From the IMG/VR virus record IMGVR_UViG_3300020306_000011, positions 1-33,532 of that record: a stretch of 33,532 nt of DNA; one strand, given 5' to 3'. Below the pieces are notes generated by a model. That model had not been told where the DNA came from. It ran no database searches and saw only the letters and a list, made by a program, of their open reading frames with translations. This document shows positions 17,476 through 27,758 of this stretch, piece by piece. The stretch's first letter is position 1. Every line of letters starts with the position of its first letter. A program made the position numbers and the translations under genes. The DNA is from a virus. Lineage: Duplodnaviria; Caudoviricetes.

Positions 17476-20400
17476 TTAATCACCAACGAATAGAAACCCA
17501 CTTCTATCGCCATATTCTTCATCACCACTTAGTGGAATACCTAAACTTTTAAATAGTCCAAATCTTATCTTTACATCATTTGAAAACAAAGGCGTATTTG
17601 CTTTTTTGAAAGCTTCTTCTGCTTCTATTAATATTTGTTTTTGTTCTTCTTCAAACTTATTTTTCATAAAATCTTCTGTTATTGTACCATCAAACATTGG
17701 AAACATTATAGTTGGTGGTTTTCCTGTTTCTGCTCCAAAATCATCAGGTGCATCTTCATATATTAAAGGACGTAACTCACCATCATTATCTTTAAAATAA
17801 GCATAATATTGAGGTGCTTCAAATTCTGCGCCTTCAACAGGCACAAGAAAAACTTCTTTTGTCATACCTGTTTCAACAAACTCTTTTTTAGCCCTTCTTT
17901 TTGAGTCGGGGTCTTTTCTTATTATTGTATATCCTAATTGCTGTGGAGGACCTACTCTAAATTCTCTTGGCAAAGATTCATTTATTAATCTAATAAATTC
18001 TCTTCTTTGGTCTGGGTCAGGAAATTGTCTTGTTAAAGCAAGTTTAGAATATTGCTTACCTTCAAAAAATGCAGCACCTAAACCTAAATCAATAACATAC
18101 TGAGATTCATGGTAATTATCTTTAAACTCTTGAGTAAGTTTTTTTCCAACTGCTCTAGCATTGTAACCCATTTGTGCATACATTTTTGCAATTGGTGCTA
18201 AATCTGCAATAACATTTGAATTTGAAATCCTTAAAGTATTAGCAACAAATTGTTCTTCTGAAATTGATTTACCTCTACTATCAGAAAAAACTTTATTAAC
18301 ATTTATTTGCGATTCTTTACTATCTGCTTGTTGTCTCATTTCTAAAAGCAACTCAGCAGCAGATCTTCTATCTCCATAATACTCTTTTCTTGCAATAAGC
18401 TCTTTGATTTGCGCTCTTGTAGTATTGCTTATACCGTCAACACCTCTTAACCTATCAATCGGTATTCCGTAATTACCTTCATCTATTCCTATTCCGTCAG
18501 CATTTGGCTTATAAGAAATCATATCATTTGTTAATCTTTGCAGATGCCGCAACATAATTTCACTTTCTTCTTCTGAAAAAGCAATGCGTCCATCCATAAA
18601 ACTATTAGTGAAGTCAATCATCTTTTGGGTAAAAGTATTAGCATTAATAGCATAAAATAAAGGATTTAAAGAACTTTTATCAATAGGAGAAACAATTCCA
18701 TTTTGTTCTAAAATATTATCTGCTTCCTCTCTCACGTCTTTTGTTTTTTGAGAAATAGGATTAAAAACAGATTTTCTGTTCTTAAGTTTTTTTGTTTCGT
18801 CTTTTAACAGTGCTTCTGCTTCAGCTTCTTGTTGTCTTATAATTTCTTCTCTGCCTCTTAGAACTTTAGTAATTCTAGACTTTGCATTAGGTACAGTTGC
18901 AGAAATTTCTACTACTGCTTGAGCAATTGCTAAACTTTCTGGAGAAAGCTCATTAATAGCCTCATCCTTACTTGTACCATCACTATCAATATAAAGCTGC
19001 ATAGCGTTAAGTTCTGTTGCATCTGGATCAACTAAAACATTAATTACACCTTCCGCAGCACTAAGTTTTACTTCATTAATAAGATTTCTTTTTTGATCTT
19101 TTGTAAGATTACTACTCATTATATTTTGTTGTAATTTAGCAAAAGATTCGGAAGTCATTGCGCCACGCCTTGCTTCACTAGACAGTCTCGTTGTTGTTGT
19201 AATCAAAGCACTGTGTTCTTGAAAATCTAAACGCATTTGCTTTATATTATTTTTTGATTGCTTAACGTAACTATTTAGTTCTGCTCTATCGTCACCTTTA
19301 TAAAGACGAGCACCATTTAATAAATCAATCAATGTACTTTGAAATCGTGTAAGACCTTCTCTACTACCCTCACCAATTATTGCGCTTGCAAAATCATCAG
19401 CATTACCATCTTCCATCCCAAGAGCTATAAAACCTTTAAGATAGCTTTGGCGTAACTCCTTAATCATTTCATTTCTTGTTTCAGCTTTAAGCATTATTTC
19501 TGGATCATTTACAAAACCATCTAATGTAAATGTTAATCTCCCTATATCCGCAGCCGCACTTTCCATTAGAGCAACAAGTTGCATAGTGCCTTGTTGTGCG
19601 CCTTTAATCTCAAAAGACATCGGACCTGCTTCAATATTTTGATAAAATAAATTATAGGCACTAGCAGCTTTGCCATATATTTCTGCAGTTTTAAGATCTG
19701 ATCTTTCTGACAAATCAATCTTAAATTTTTCTACACCAATTTTTTTAATTGATTTTCTTAAATCTATTTCTTCTTTTTCTTTTGAAGTTTGAATGTTTTC
19801 TTGTTCTGTTAAATAAGCCTTTTCTCTTCCTTCTAAAGTTCCAAGCTCACTATCAAGCCCACTTATATATTTTATAAAACTCTCTTTGGTTTCAGGTGTT
19901 GTAAATTTTAAAATAGTTTGAAGCTCAGGAATTAAATCGGGACTTAATTTATTTAATATCTCTGGATTCTCTCCATTAGTTTGCACTGCTAATAAAAAGA
20001 TTTGTCTTTGTATTGGGTTGCCATACAGAGAAGGCATAATATTTTCTATTCGACCAGATATAAAAGCAGTCTTTAATGCAATCTGATGTTGTTGATCTGC
20101 CCCTGCTTTAAGCAATCTTGCCTCAACGCCATCTGCATTTTTAGCAACCCGAGACTCCATCCAGTTTTCAAAATCAGAAACAGTGTTTGATAATCTAGAT
20201 TCTTCCTCTGTACCTCCACCAAGTAAAAAACTTTTACCTGCTTCATATGCGGTAATTAAATCACTTTGATTTGCTTCAAGTAAATCGTTTGCAAGTTGTT
20301 CTTTCTGTCTTTGATGGTTTAGTTTTGTCAAAGTCATTTTTGCATTTGCAATTTCGACCTTGCCGTTATCTTCAATAAAGTTTGTAAATAATGTAGGCTT

Positions 20401-20859
20401 GCCGTTTCTTTCAGAACCAAATGCAAGGTTCTTTACATACTCACCCAATGCCTCACTTACAATTTGAATATTATTAGGATTATCCTGATATTTAGTTGTA
20501 AGCTCATTTGCTTTTACTTTAATATCATTTGATATTTCAGTATTAAATCTATCAGTAATTACTCTTTCGTATGCTTCTCCTGCGGTTCGCCCAAGAAACA
20601 TATCTGCATTAAAATCGTCTAATGCTTCTGGTCTGCCAGTAATAGGATTAACTGTAGTTATTTGAGAAGAAGAAACAGCAGCAGCACGATCAGCGCCTTC
20701 TTTTGCAGAAGAACGAGACATTTCATTAAGAGCGATCTCGAACATACTGTTTGCAGCTTTTGCAATGCTATTATATTTTTCAACACCACCAGTATTTAAA
20801 TTGACCGTTCCTATTGGCCCTATACTACCCGACTGTCTTTTTTCTCTAATAACACCCAT
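17476..20859 (-). CDS. Large internal virion protein, gp15-position analogue
   Basis: 1127 aa helical protein; assignment by synteny. Confidence 0.65.
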   Translation of the reverse strand: MGVIREKRQSGSIGPIGTVNLNTGGVEKYNSIAKAANSMFEIALNEMSRSSAKEGADRAAAVSSSQITTVNPITGRPEALDDFNADMFLGRTAGEAYERVITDRFNTEISNDIKVKANELTTKYQDNPNNIQIVSEALGEYVKNLAFGSERNGKPTLFTNFIEDNGKVEIANAKMTLTKLNHQRQKEQLANDLLEANQSDLITAYEAGKSFLLGGGTEEESRLSNTVSDFENWMESRVAKNADGVEARLLKAGADQQHQIALKTAFISGRIENIMPSLYGNPIQRQIFLLAVQTNGENPEILNKLSPDLIPELQTILKFTTPETKESFIKYISGLDSELGTLEGREKAYLTEQENIQTSKEKEEIDLRKSIKKIGVEKFKIDLSERSDLKTAEIYGKAASAYNLFYQNIEAGPMSFEIKGAQQGTMQLVALMESAAADIGRLTFTLDGFVNDPEIMLKAETRNEMIKELRQSYLKGFIALGMEDGNADDFASAIIGEGSREGLTRFQSTLIDLLNGARLYKGDDRAELNSYVKQSKNNIKQMRLDFQEHSALITTTTRLSSEARRGAMTSESFAKLQQNIMSSNLTKDQKRNLINEVKLSAAEGVINVLVDPDATELNAMQLYIDSDGTSKDEAINELSPESLAIAQAVVEISATVPNAKSRITKVLRGREEIIRQQEAEAEALLKDETKKLKNRKSVFNPISQKTKDVREEADNILEQNGIVSPIDKSSLNPLFYAINANTFTQKMIDFTNSFMDGRIAFSEEESEIMLRHLQRLTNDMISYKPNADGIGIDEGNYGIPIDRLRGVDGISNTTRAQIKELIARKEYYGDRRSAAELLLEMRQQADSKESQINVNKVFSDSRGKSISEEQFVANTLRISNSNVIADLAPIAKMYAQMGYNARAVGKKLTQEFKDNYHESQYVIDLGLGAAFFEGKQYSKLALTRQFPDPDQRREFIRLINESLPREFRVGPPQQLGYTIIRKDPDSKRRAKKEFVETGMTKEVFLVPVEGAEFEAPQYYAYFKDNDGELRPLIYEDAPDDFGAETGKPPTIMFPMFDGTITEDFMKNKFEEEQKQILIEAEEAFKKANTPLFSNDVKIRFGLFKSLGIPLSGDEEYGDRSGFLFVGD

Positions 20860-20873
20860 ATTCTAATATCCAA

Positions 20874-21380
20874 CTATGTTGTTCTTTTAAAAAAATCTGT
20901 AACTGTATCTATTGTCTTTGGATTAATCTCTTGAGCAAGTTTATATATATTACCTAAAAAGTTAGCATTAGATGTAGCCCTCATTCCTGCGGCTGAATTT
21001 TGCCCATACTTATAAGCAACAGATGCTTGAGTAGCATACTTTGCTGCGGTAAGTTCTGCCTGTCGTTCTATATTTTCTATATCCTCACCAACTTTACTTC
21101 GGTTTGCTTTTAGAAAAGCAGCAACAGATCTATCTTCTCTACCGAGAGCGCTGAAGGAAGCAATGTTTTGAGACTCAGCATCAGTAGCTTGTCGCTGTCT
21201 TTGTATACTTGCATCTATTGCTTGTGCTTTTGCTAAGAATAATTCGTTTACAAACTGTCTTGCTTCAAGCTTACCAACAGCAGCACGATCAGCAGCAGCT
21301 TTTTTTTCTGCCGACCTTTGATCAAGTGTACTTTTAGTACCTAAAAAAAGAGTAAATATATCAAAAGGATTAAGACCCAT
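20874..21380 (-). CDS. Small internal virion protein, gp14-position analogue
   Basis: Ala/Gln-rich helical 168 aa after tail tubular B; synteny. Confidence 0.6.
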   Translation of the reverse strand: MGLNPFDIFTLFLGTKSTLDQRSAEKKAAADRAAVGKLEARQFVNELFLAKAQAIDASIQRQRQATDAESQNIASFSALGREDRSVAAFLKANRSKVGEDIENIERQAELTAAKYATQASVAYKYGQNSAAGMRATSNANFLGNIYKLAQEINPKTIDTVTDFFKRTT

Positions 21381-23620
21381 TAAAAAGAAACCTCTGCAAC
21401 TAAACCATTAACTTGAATAAACATAGGTGCAGTTTGTGTAACTGTCACCTGTGGGTCTTTATTATAACCCAAAAGATAAAACTCTTTCTTACCAGTTACA
21501 GCCTGTCTGGGCTGACTAAAATCATTATTAACTTTCCTAATAATTAATTTTTTATTGTTGACTGAAACAGAAAGCGTTTCTGATAAATCGAGAATAACTC
21601 TAGATAATGTTCTTGGCTGTCCTGTTTCTGGCCCAACCCCTGTGCTTACATCTATCGGATTCGTCTTTAACTCTACATCAAAACCAAAACCTACCTGACA
21701 GCTTGTAAGAGAGCTGTCTACAGCCGAAACGTCAATCTGACCACCTGACACTGTAAACTTGCCTAAGTAGTCCGTAGCGCTTATTACATCAACCTGAGCG
21801 CCATCTTCAAAATAATTAGATACTGTAAAGACTCCTGCCGTTCCAGTATACAGATTCCCTAAATCTAAACTGACGTTTTGATTTAGCTCAGATAATACAA
21901 AACTGTTTGTACCTGATCCAAGATTGGTTTTAATGATAGCAAAAACCCTGTTACCAATAGCAGTAACAGAATGAAAAGAGCCGTTTGTTTCAAATCTTGT
22001 CCAACCTGCAACACCTTCGACTCTATTTAAATTATAAACAGCTATCTCACCAGTAAAGTTCTGAGCAAAAACAAATGACTCGGCTGTGTTTACTGCGCCA
22101 CTAATCACACACATTTGAACAGGATCACTTATTAAATGAGAAGAAAGCAATGATATAGGATCAGCTTTATATGCTTGTTGACTATCATCAAACACAAACT
22201 GACGTATCATCTTACCACCAATCTGCCCAAAGATTGTTGCACCATAGAATGGTTGTGGTCTTACAAAGCTTGAGCCAAAAGCAGTTTGTCTTTTTACTCT
22301 TGCATTAGTTGGAGTTATTGGTTGGTTTTGAAACGTAGGAATAAAAAACTCTGATCCTGCCGTAAAAATATGTATATCTCTATTAGAAACAAAGTGACGT
22401 ATAGTAGCCACCTCTCCAATACTCATAACCAGTTCAAGCCCATCATCGTCTCTGGCTTCACCAATATCAAAGTTATAATATAAACCAGATTTACTTGCCC
22501 ATACAGTATCAGGTTGTGCAAGAGTGCCACCAAACCATAACCTGTTTTCGTGAAAACCTACAGCCGCAGGATAACCACGTAACTGTGAATATGATTGCTC
22601 CATCCATTCAGTTGTTGGCGCATGTGTAACAATCTGTATAAATCCACCACCATCCTCAGAAGTGTTTGCTGCCGCTCCTGCTGCGACAAGATACCTATTT
22701 TCATCAATAACAGTTCCAATAGTTCTTGAACCGTTTATTTGACCTTGATTAATACCACCAACAGATGTTGCCTTGCGTATCTCAATAGTATCGCCTTGAG
22801 TCATGCCGTGATTAATATGTGTTATCTCAAGATTGCTAGAACCGTCTGTTGTTCTTATTGCGCTTGGGTCAAGCTCAACAAACAATTCATCTATTACTCT
22901 GCCTGTTGCTTGAGTGCTTGATTGCACAGAAGTAATATATATTTCAGAGCCATGATAGAGTAATGTAATCCCGACATGCTTACCAGTTGTATCAAAATAA
23001 GGCGCACTTGTTGTAACTGTAATAGAGTTCCCTGTTGTTGCAGAAGGATTAAGAGTAACTCCAGTAGGATGAAAGTGGTAGTAGGGCTGAAAAATCTTTG
23101 CCCCTCCTGCTTGCAGTTGAAAATTAAACTGCTCCACTTGAAAACTATTTAATCCAGTCCTTATAATCTGTTGACACATAAAAGTGTTATGACAAAGAAA
23201 AAGAATGTCACCACCTTGAGCATATGTCATTTCATGCAGATAATTATGATCCCATTGTAAAGCATTACCATCTATATCTTGCGTAAGAGTAGTTGCTAGA
23301 GTTAATGTACCTGTCACCGGATTTATAAAAAAAATTTCACATTTCTGATTAGTAAATGCGATAAGATATTCTTCATCATCTGAAAATATAAAAGGTATAA
23401 GCCTTATTTGTTGTCTTATAGAAGTATTCTCAACAATAGATGTAAAATCATGGAGTGCTTGAAATCCACCGCGTTTTGCAACACCACCTTCTGTTCTTAT
23501 AAAAAAATTTTTAACTGATTGTGCAGACGAGTTATAAATAGGCGAATCCGTCCTTGAAACCAAAGACGGACTTATCTCACCATACTGAAAGTTTGTAATC
23601 GGTATTCGTGCTTTTTGCAT
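21380..23620 (-). CDS. Tail tubular protein B (nozzle)
   Basis: NF-x-x-GEISP N-terminus, GG-x-x-KRGG, GYP-x-x-V-x-FHENRLWFGG; 746 aa. Confidence 0.9.
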   Translation of the reverse strand: MQKARIPITNFQYGEISPSLVSRTDSPIYNSSAQSVKNFFIRTEGGVAKRGGFQALHDFTSIVENTSIRQQIRLIPFIFSDDEEYLIAFTNQKCEIFFINPVTGTLTLATTLTQDIDGNALQWDHNYLHEMTYAQGGDILFLCHNTFMCQQIIRTGLNSFQVEQFNFQLQAGGAKIFQPYYHFHPTGVTLNPSATTGNSITVTTSAPYFDTTGKHVGITLLYHGSEIYITSVQSSTQATGRVIDELFVELDPSAIRTTDGSSNLEITHINHGMTQGDTIEIRKATSVGGINQGQINGSRTIGTVIDENRYLVAAGAAANTSEDGGGFIQIVTHAPTTEWMEQSYSQLRGYPAAVGFHENRLWFGGTLAQPDTVWASKSGLYYNFDIGEARDDDGLELVMSIGEVATIRHFVSNRDIHIFTAGSEFFIPTFQNQPITPTNARVKRQTAFGSSFVRPQPFYGATIFGQIGGKMIRQFVFDDSQQAYKADPISLLSSHLISDPVQMCVISGAVNTAESFVFAQNFTGEIAVYNLNRVEGVAGWTRFETNGSFHSVTAIGNRVFAIIKTNLGSGTNSFVLSELNQNVSLDLGNLYTGTAGVFTVSNYFEDGAQVDVISATDYLGKFTVSGGQIDVSAVDSSLTSCQVGFGFDVELKTNPIDVSTGVGPETGQPRTLSRVILDLSETLSVSVNNKKLIIRKVNNDFSQPRQAVTGKKEFYLLGYNKDPQVTVTQTAPMFIQVNGLVAEVSF

Positions 23621-24207
23621 TAACTACGCCTATTTGTAATAAACCTCGATGTCGTAACTTTTCGTGTGGTTTGCTGTTGAGAATCAGTTGATCTAGCTTT
23701 AGCCAACAACATTAAGTATTGTGTTTGCATCATATTAGCTAGGCTTTGATCTCTAGCTAATGCAGTAGCAAAAACTTGAGCCATTGCATATTCAACACAA
23801 ACAGAAAAGTAAGAAGGCCAATCTACTTCGTCAGCCCTATACGTGAAGTCTGCAATCAATATATCATTAACAGAAGCATCACAGAATATCTTGCTGCCAT
23901 AGATATTATATTCAATTGCTAAATCATTTACTGTAACTGCATGAACAAAAAGATTATCTGGTAATTGATATGCAGCATTGAATCTTCCAGTAGGCGCATC
24001 ACTCAATCTATTCAATACAGCTTGGTTAGATGCAAACCTCCATCGTGTAGATGTTAAATTAGTACGAGCAATATCTTCATACATATTCCCTGCAATAAGG
24101 GCTTCTGTTGTATCATCATCGAAAGATGTAATTGGTTCTGCACCAATCAATATTAATGCTCGGCTACATATGTCTATCGCGCTGTTTGCAGGAGTGCTAA
24201 GTGCCAT
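23620..24207 (-). CDS. Tail tubular protein A (adaptor)
   Basis: IDICSRAL-x-x-IGA-x-PI-x-SF, W-x-FA, YQLP motifs. Confidence 0.9.
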   Translation of the reverse strand: MALSTPANSAIDICSRALILIGAEPITSFDDDTTEALIAGNMYEDIARTNLTSTRWRFASNQAVLNRLSDAPTGRFNAAYQLPDNLFVHAVTVNDLAIEYNIYGSKIFCDASVNDILIADFTYRADEVDWPSYFSVCVEYAMAQVFATALARDQSLANMMQTQYLMLLAKARSTDSQQQTTRKVTTSRFITNRRS

Positions 24208-24228
24208 TGTGAACCCTATGAACTATGT

Positions 24229-24256
24229 GAACAAATGGGGGCTTTCACCCCCACCT
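24229..24256 (-). terminator. Terminator after major capsid gene
   Basis: Minus strand GTGGGGG-TGAAAG-CCCCCAT followed by TTGTT. Confidence 0.75.
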
Positions 24257-24259
24257 GAA

Positions 24260-25069
24260 TTAGTTGTTATCTAAAACTTCGTAGATACCATTATCATCTA
24301 TAGCAACAGCACCCATTGACATCATTGATGTAGCAAGGTGGGCTACTTTCATAGGCACATAGTTAACCTCAGTTGATACATCTGAGTTAATACCAATCCC
24401 CATAGCACTTGTGTGATAAGCAAAGTTCTTACCTCCTGCAACGGCAGACGTTGAAAAGATCTTAAATCCTAAGAACTCTTTCATTGTCATGCCACCTGCA
24501 AATGGAAGGTTTTGCGGCCCAACAAAATCAGATGACGCAAACTCATTTATATTAAATAAATCCGCAAATCCTGCTGGAGACATTGCAAGGTAACGCTGTC
24601 CGTCTTCTGGAATATCCGCAGCGCCAAATGTTTGGAACAATGTAAGAAGATCAGCTTTTGTTAATGCACCACTTGTATCTGCAATCTGAGTAGAATTAGC
24701 ACCTGCATCCATAGCAGTAATAATAATCTCATCTGTTTTACGTCCAAGTGCACCTGCGGCAGACTGAGCAACAGCTTGACGTTCGTTAATATTTATTTTT
24801 AACTCGTCAAGTTTGTCGATAAGTTCCGCAGCATAATGATCTGACATTGTAACTTCAACATTAGTGTGTGCCAATTCCATTGTACTGACATCACCGTTTC
24901 TAGTTTTAGTAGAAGCAGATCCTGCTCCTATTTTTTGAAATCTAGCAGTTGATCCAGAAACATTCGTAGAGCGAACAGTGTTCCGTAGCTTGGAACCCAT
25001 ACGCTGATATGCCATGTGTACTTCTGTTTCAAACTGCTTAATGAAGGCTTGATCTATTGTATTAGCCAT
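24260..25069 (-). CDS. Major capsid protein
   Basis: I-x-x-AFIKQF-x-x-EVH-x-AYQR-x-GSKLR, ALGRKTD, G-x-G-x-N-x-D; between scaffold and tail tubular A. Confidence 0.92.
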   Translation of the reverse strand: MANTIDQAFIKQFETEVHMAYQRMGSKLRNTVRSTNVSGSTARFQKIGAGSASTKTRNGDVSTMELAHTNVEVTMSDHYAAELIDKLDELKININERQAVAQSAAGALGRKTDEIIITAMDAGANSTQIADTSGALTKADLLTLFQTFGAADIPEDGQRYLAMSPAGFADLFNINEFASSDFVGPQNLPFAGGMTMKEFLGFKIFSTSAVAGGKNFAYHTSAMGIGINSDVSTEVNYVPMKVAHLATSMMSMGAVAIDDNGIYEVLDNN

Positions 25070-25178
25070 TTTTTACAGTCCTTTTTGAGTTTCCGATTGC
25101 TACGAGTATCCATTCTTACATATCAACTCGGGTATCCAATAAGGGCCGATCAATGCGATCTGGGTCGTAATGACCCAT
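25070..25178 (-). promoter_or_regulatory. Structured 5' leader of capsid gene (candidate cis-regulatory RNA)
   Basis: Four adjacent hairpins and a TGGATACYCG direct repeat. Confidence 0.55.
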
Positions 25179-25214
25179 TCTAAACAATAAATTTATTTAA
25201 ATTGCAACGCACAA
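25177..25214 (-). promoter_or_regulatory. Candidate late promoter with TTGTGCGTTG motif
   Basis: Minus strand TTGTGCG-TTGCAA-N19-TAGAAT upstream of capsid leader. Confidence 0.65.
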
Positions 25215-25221
25215 TTTATTT

Positions 25222-25971
25222 TTACTGATTATAAAGTTTCTTATAACCTTCCTGAACTTGTTTAACATAGTCATCATTACGTCTTGCAGGATTCCAATAT
25301 CTTTCATCTTCCATCATCTCCCTTAATCCTTCTTGTGTTATTTGAGCAGATGGTGTTGCATCAGATCCTAATGGTGAAGATTTTAATTTTTCCATAATAA
25401 ACTCTAATACTTCAATACCTTCAGAAGTTTCTGTTAATCTTTCTATCGAAGGCATATGCTGTTCTGTAAAAAATTGATTTGCAAATAATGCTGCTGCTTC
25501 AACCCTTGCCCCTGCATTATCACCTAATTTTTCTAACTCTTCATCAGGATTAATAGAAGCATCCATTGCAGAATTAATTATTTTTTCTAATCCTTCTGCA
25601 AACTCTTCCTGACTAAAACCATATGTAAAAGAATGATCTGCCCACCACTTGAGAACTTCATCATTAAATACAGTATCATCATCAATAAAATCAGGAAGCT
25701 GATAATCTCCTGCACTATCTGGTCTATCTTTAAATGATTCTTCTTCTATTTGTTTTAAAACTTCTGCACGAATATCATCATCTTTTGATCCAAGCTTAGA
25801 CTCTAATTCTTTATATGCTTTTGCAAGATCTTCACCAGAGTTATATTTTTCAGGAAGCCACTCAGGACGATCATTTGTTTTTGGCTCTAAATCTTCTGCA
25901 ACAACAAAATCTCTTTGATCTTGTGGTGGCAGTTCATTTGTTGTTTCTGTTTGTTGCACTTCTTCATTCAT
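25222..25971 (-). CDS. Capsid assembly scaffolding protein
   Basis: Acidic; RPEWLPEK...LAKAYKELESKLG motif; C-terminal D-x-RYW. Confidence 0.9.
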   Translation of the reverse strand: MNEEVQQTETTNELPPQDQRDFVVAEDLEPKTNDRPEWLPEKYNSGEDLAKAYKELESKLGSKDDDIRAEVLKQIEEESFKDRPDSAGDYQLPDFIDDDTVFNDEVLKWWADHSFTYGFSQEEFAEGLEKIINSAMDASINPDEELEKLGDNAGARVEAAALFANQFFTEQHMPSIERLTETSEGIEVLEFIMEKLKSSPLGSDATPSAQITQEGLREMMEDERYWNPARRNDDYVKQVQEGYKKLYNQ

Positions 25972-26227
25972 TGTTTTTTACCTTATGTGATCTTTGAATA
26001 TGACGCTCTATTAAGCCAACGAGGTATCGTTGACCTTCCAAATGACGCAGTTCATCAGTGCTTATATTAGGACCGCTAACCATTTCTATTGTTACACTAC
26101 GCAAGTATTTAAGAATTTCTTGACCAGTAGGTTCAGAAAATAAAGAGCCAAAATTAAGGCTTATTCTATCTTCTTCTACTTTTTTTCTTGCTATTCCGTC
26201 TAAACCAATATGACTATTCTGCGGCAA
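25964..26227 (-). CDS. Small conserved head-associated protein (Bbp19-like)
   Basis: LF-x-x-P-x-G-x-x-ILKYL...EGQR motif between portal and scaffold. Confidence 0.78.
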   Translation of the reverse strand: MPQNSHIGLDGIARKKVEEDRISLNFGSLFSEPTGQEILKYLRSVTIEMVSGPNISTDELRHLEGQRYLVGLIERHIQRSHKVKNNE

Positions 26228-27758
26228 TAGGTGGACCTGCTTGTTGTTCCTGTTGTTGCATCTGCTGCATTTGCTGCATCATTGCAACTATCTCTCTACG
26301 CTCTTCTGCGTCACGAATCAAGGTGTCAGGTACACCAAATTTTTTAGCAAGATGAATAGCTGTTTCTTCTGAGTTAATTAATATGTTTGTAGTATCAGGC
26401 CCAAAGTAAGTATTAACTAACTCTAAGAATCTTGATACAGAAGTAATATCCTGATTAGATTGTGCTTGTGCTAATGGAGAAGAAGATCTTATTTTAACTT
26501 CTCGACCATTTACAACTGGCATTTCAATACGTCCTTGTTTCTTAAGAATATGTATCACTCTTTGCAATACTGGCTGAACAAGCTCTGCTTGTAGTCTACC
26601 AAACGCTGATCCTATTCTGCGTGATAAATCTGCCATACGTTCAGCAACTTCTGTAGCAGATGCAGGAGTTCTGTCTGGATTTCCAAGCATATCATTGTAT
26701 AATGCGCGCTTTATATTTAATCTCATATCACTTAAAACTATATCAGCTACATCAAATCTTCCTGCTGATTGTATAGGTTGAAGCCCACCAGACTGAGGAG
26801 ACTTTGGTATTATAGTACCTGGAACTAAATTAATAGTATCTGGGTTTATAATACCATCATCATCCATCTGATAAATGCCAGATATAGCCATCTGAGCATT
26901 TTCCAAGATTAGTTGAATAGTTAAATTTGTAGTTTTGATAGCTGATAAAGCATTAATCAATGGGCCTCTGCCGTATACTTCCCCTGCACACTTAGACCAT
27001 CGAAAACAAACATATGGATTAGAACCAACTCCTTTAAATGCTTTTTCAATAATATATTTTTTAGTGGACATATCTATTACATAATGGAAATAAGCTTCCT
27101 CATTTTTCTTAGAATAGTCTTTGCAAACAAGCTCAAGCAAAGTACATTTGCCTTCTGGGTCACGCGATACTCTTTGTTGTATTTGCGGATCAAGTTTGGC
27201 ATCAGGATAAAGTATCGTAATCTCAGAGTTTCGTATACCTTTACGCTCTCTAAATACGTGATCTATCTTATCATCAGGTCCAGTATCTAACACAACGTGC
27301 GGTAATGGTATTGCAGAAAAAGTAATTGGATTAACTGCATCCCCTTCATCTACACAGAGAACACCAGTACCAACAGCCAGATCCATAAATGCTTCATGCA
27401 CTTCCTGAGAAAAGTTTGAGTTTTGCAATACCTCAAAAACATATTCTGTTATTTCATCAAGATCATTGTCAACAAAATCTCTGTCACCTTCTGGTATTTC
27501 TGATCCTGCCATAAGGTCAGCCCATCGTGCAAAGTTAGGAACTAAACCAGATTGTAGTCTTGATGCAAACTCTTGGACACCGACTACTGCGGTTTCATCA
27601 AAGATTTTATCATCTCTGCGTTGGCCTGCGGTTTCATAGTAAAAAGATTCTCTTTGCGGCAGAGCGTACTCATAACACTCTTCAAAAAGATCTACAAAGT
27701 TTTGTCTATGAGCTTTTGCTTTCTCATATCGTTCAAGCTTTTGTTTTGGATCGTGCAT
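26214..27758 (-). CDS. Portal (head-tail connector) protein
   Basis: IFD-x-TA, DL-x-x-GTG, RW-x-K-x-x-GE-x-YGRGP, SATEV motifs of T7 gp8-like connectors. Confidence 0.96.
   Translation of the reverse strand: MHDPKQKLERYEKAKAHRQNFVDLFEECYEYALPQRESFYYETAGQRRDDKIFDETAVVGVQEFASRLQSGLVPNFARWADLMAGSEIPEGDRDFVDNDLDEITEYVFEVLQNSNFSQEVHEAFMDLAVGTGVLCVDEGDAVNPITFSAIPLPHVVLDTGPDDKIDHVFRERKGIRNSEITILYPDAKLDPQIQQRVSRDPEGKCTLLELVCKDYSKKNEEAYFHYVIDMSTKKYIIEKAFKGVGSNPYVCFRWSKCAGEVYGRGPLINALSAIKTTNLTIQLILENAQMAISGIYQMDDDGIINPDTINLVPGTIIPKSPQSGGLQPIQSAGRFDVADIVLSDMRLNIKRALYNDMLGNPDRTPASATEVAERMADLSRRIGSAFGRLQAELVQPVLQRVIHILKKQGRIEMPVVNGREVKIRSSSPLAQAQSNQDITSVSRFLELVNTYFGPDTTNILINSEETAIHLAKKFGVPDTLIRDAEERREIVAMMQQMQQMQQQEQQAGPPIAAE

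Noticed and set aside
24255-24300. Programmed frameshift extending the capsid protein
   Set aside because: No convincing slippery heptamer before the stop; a terminator follows directly.
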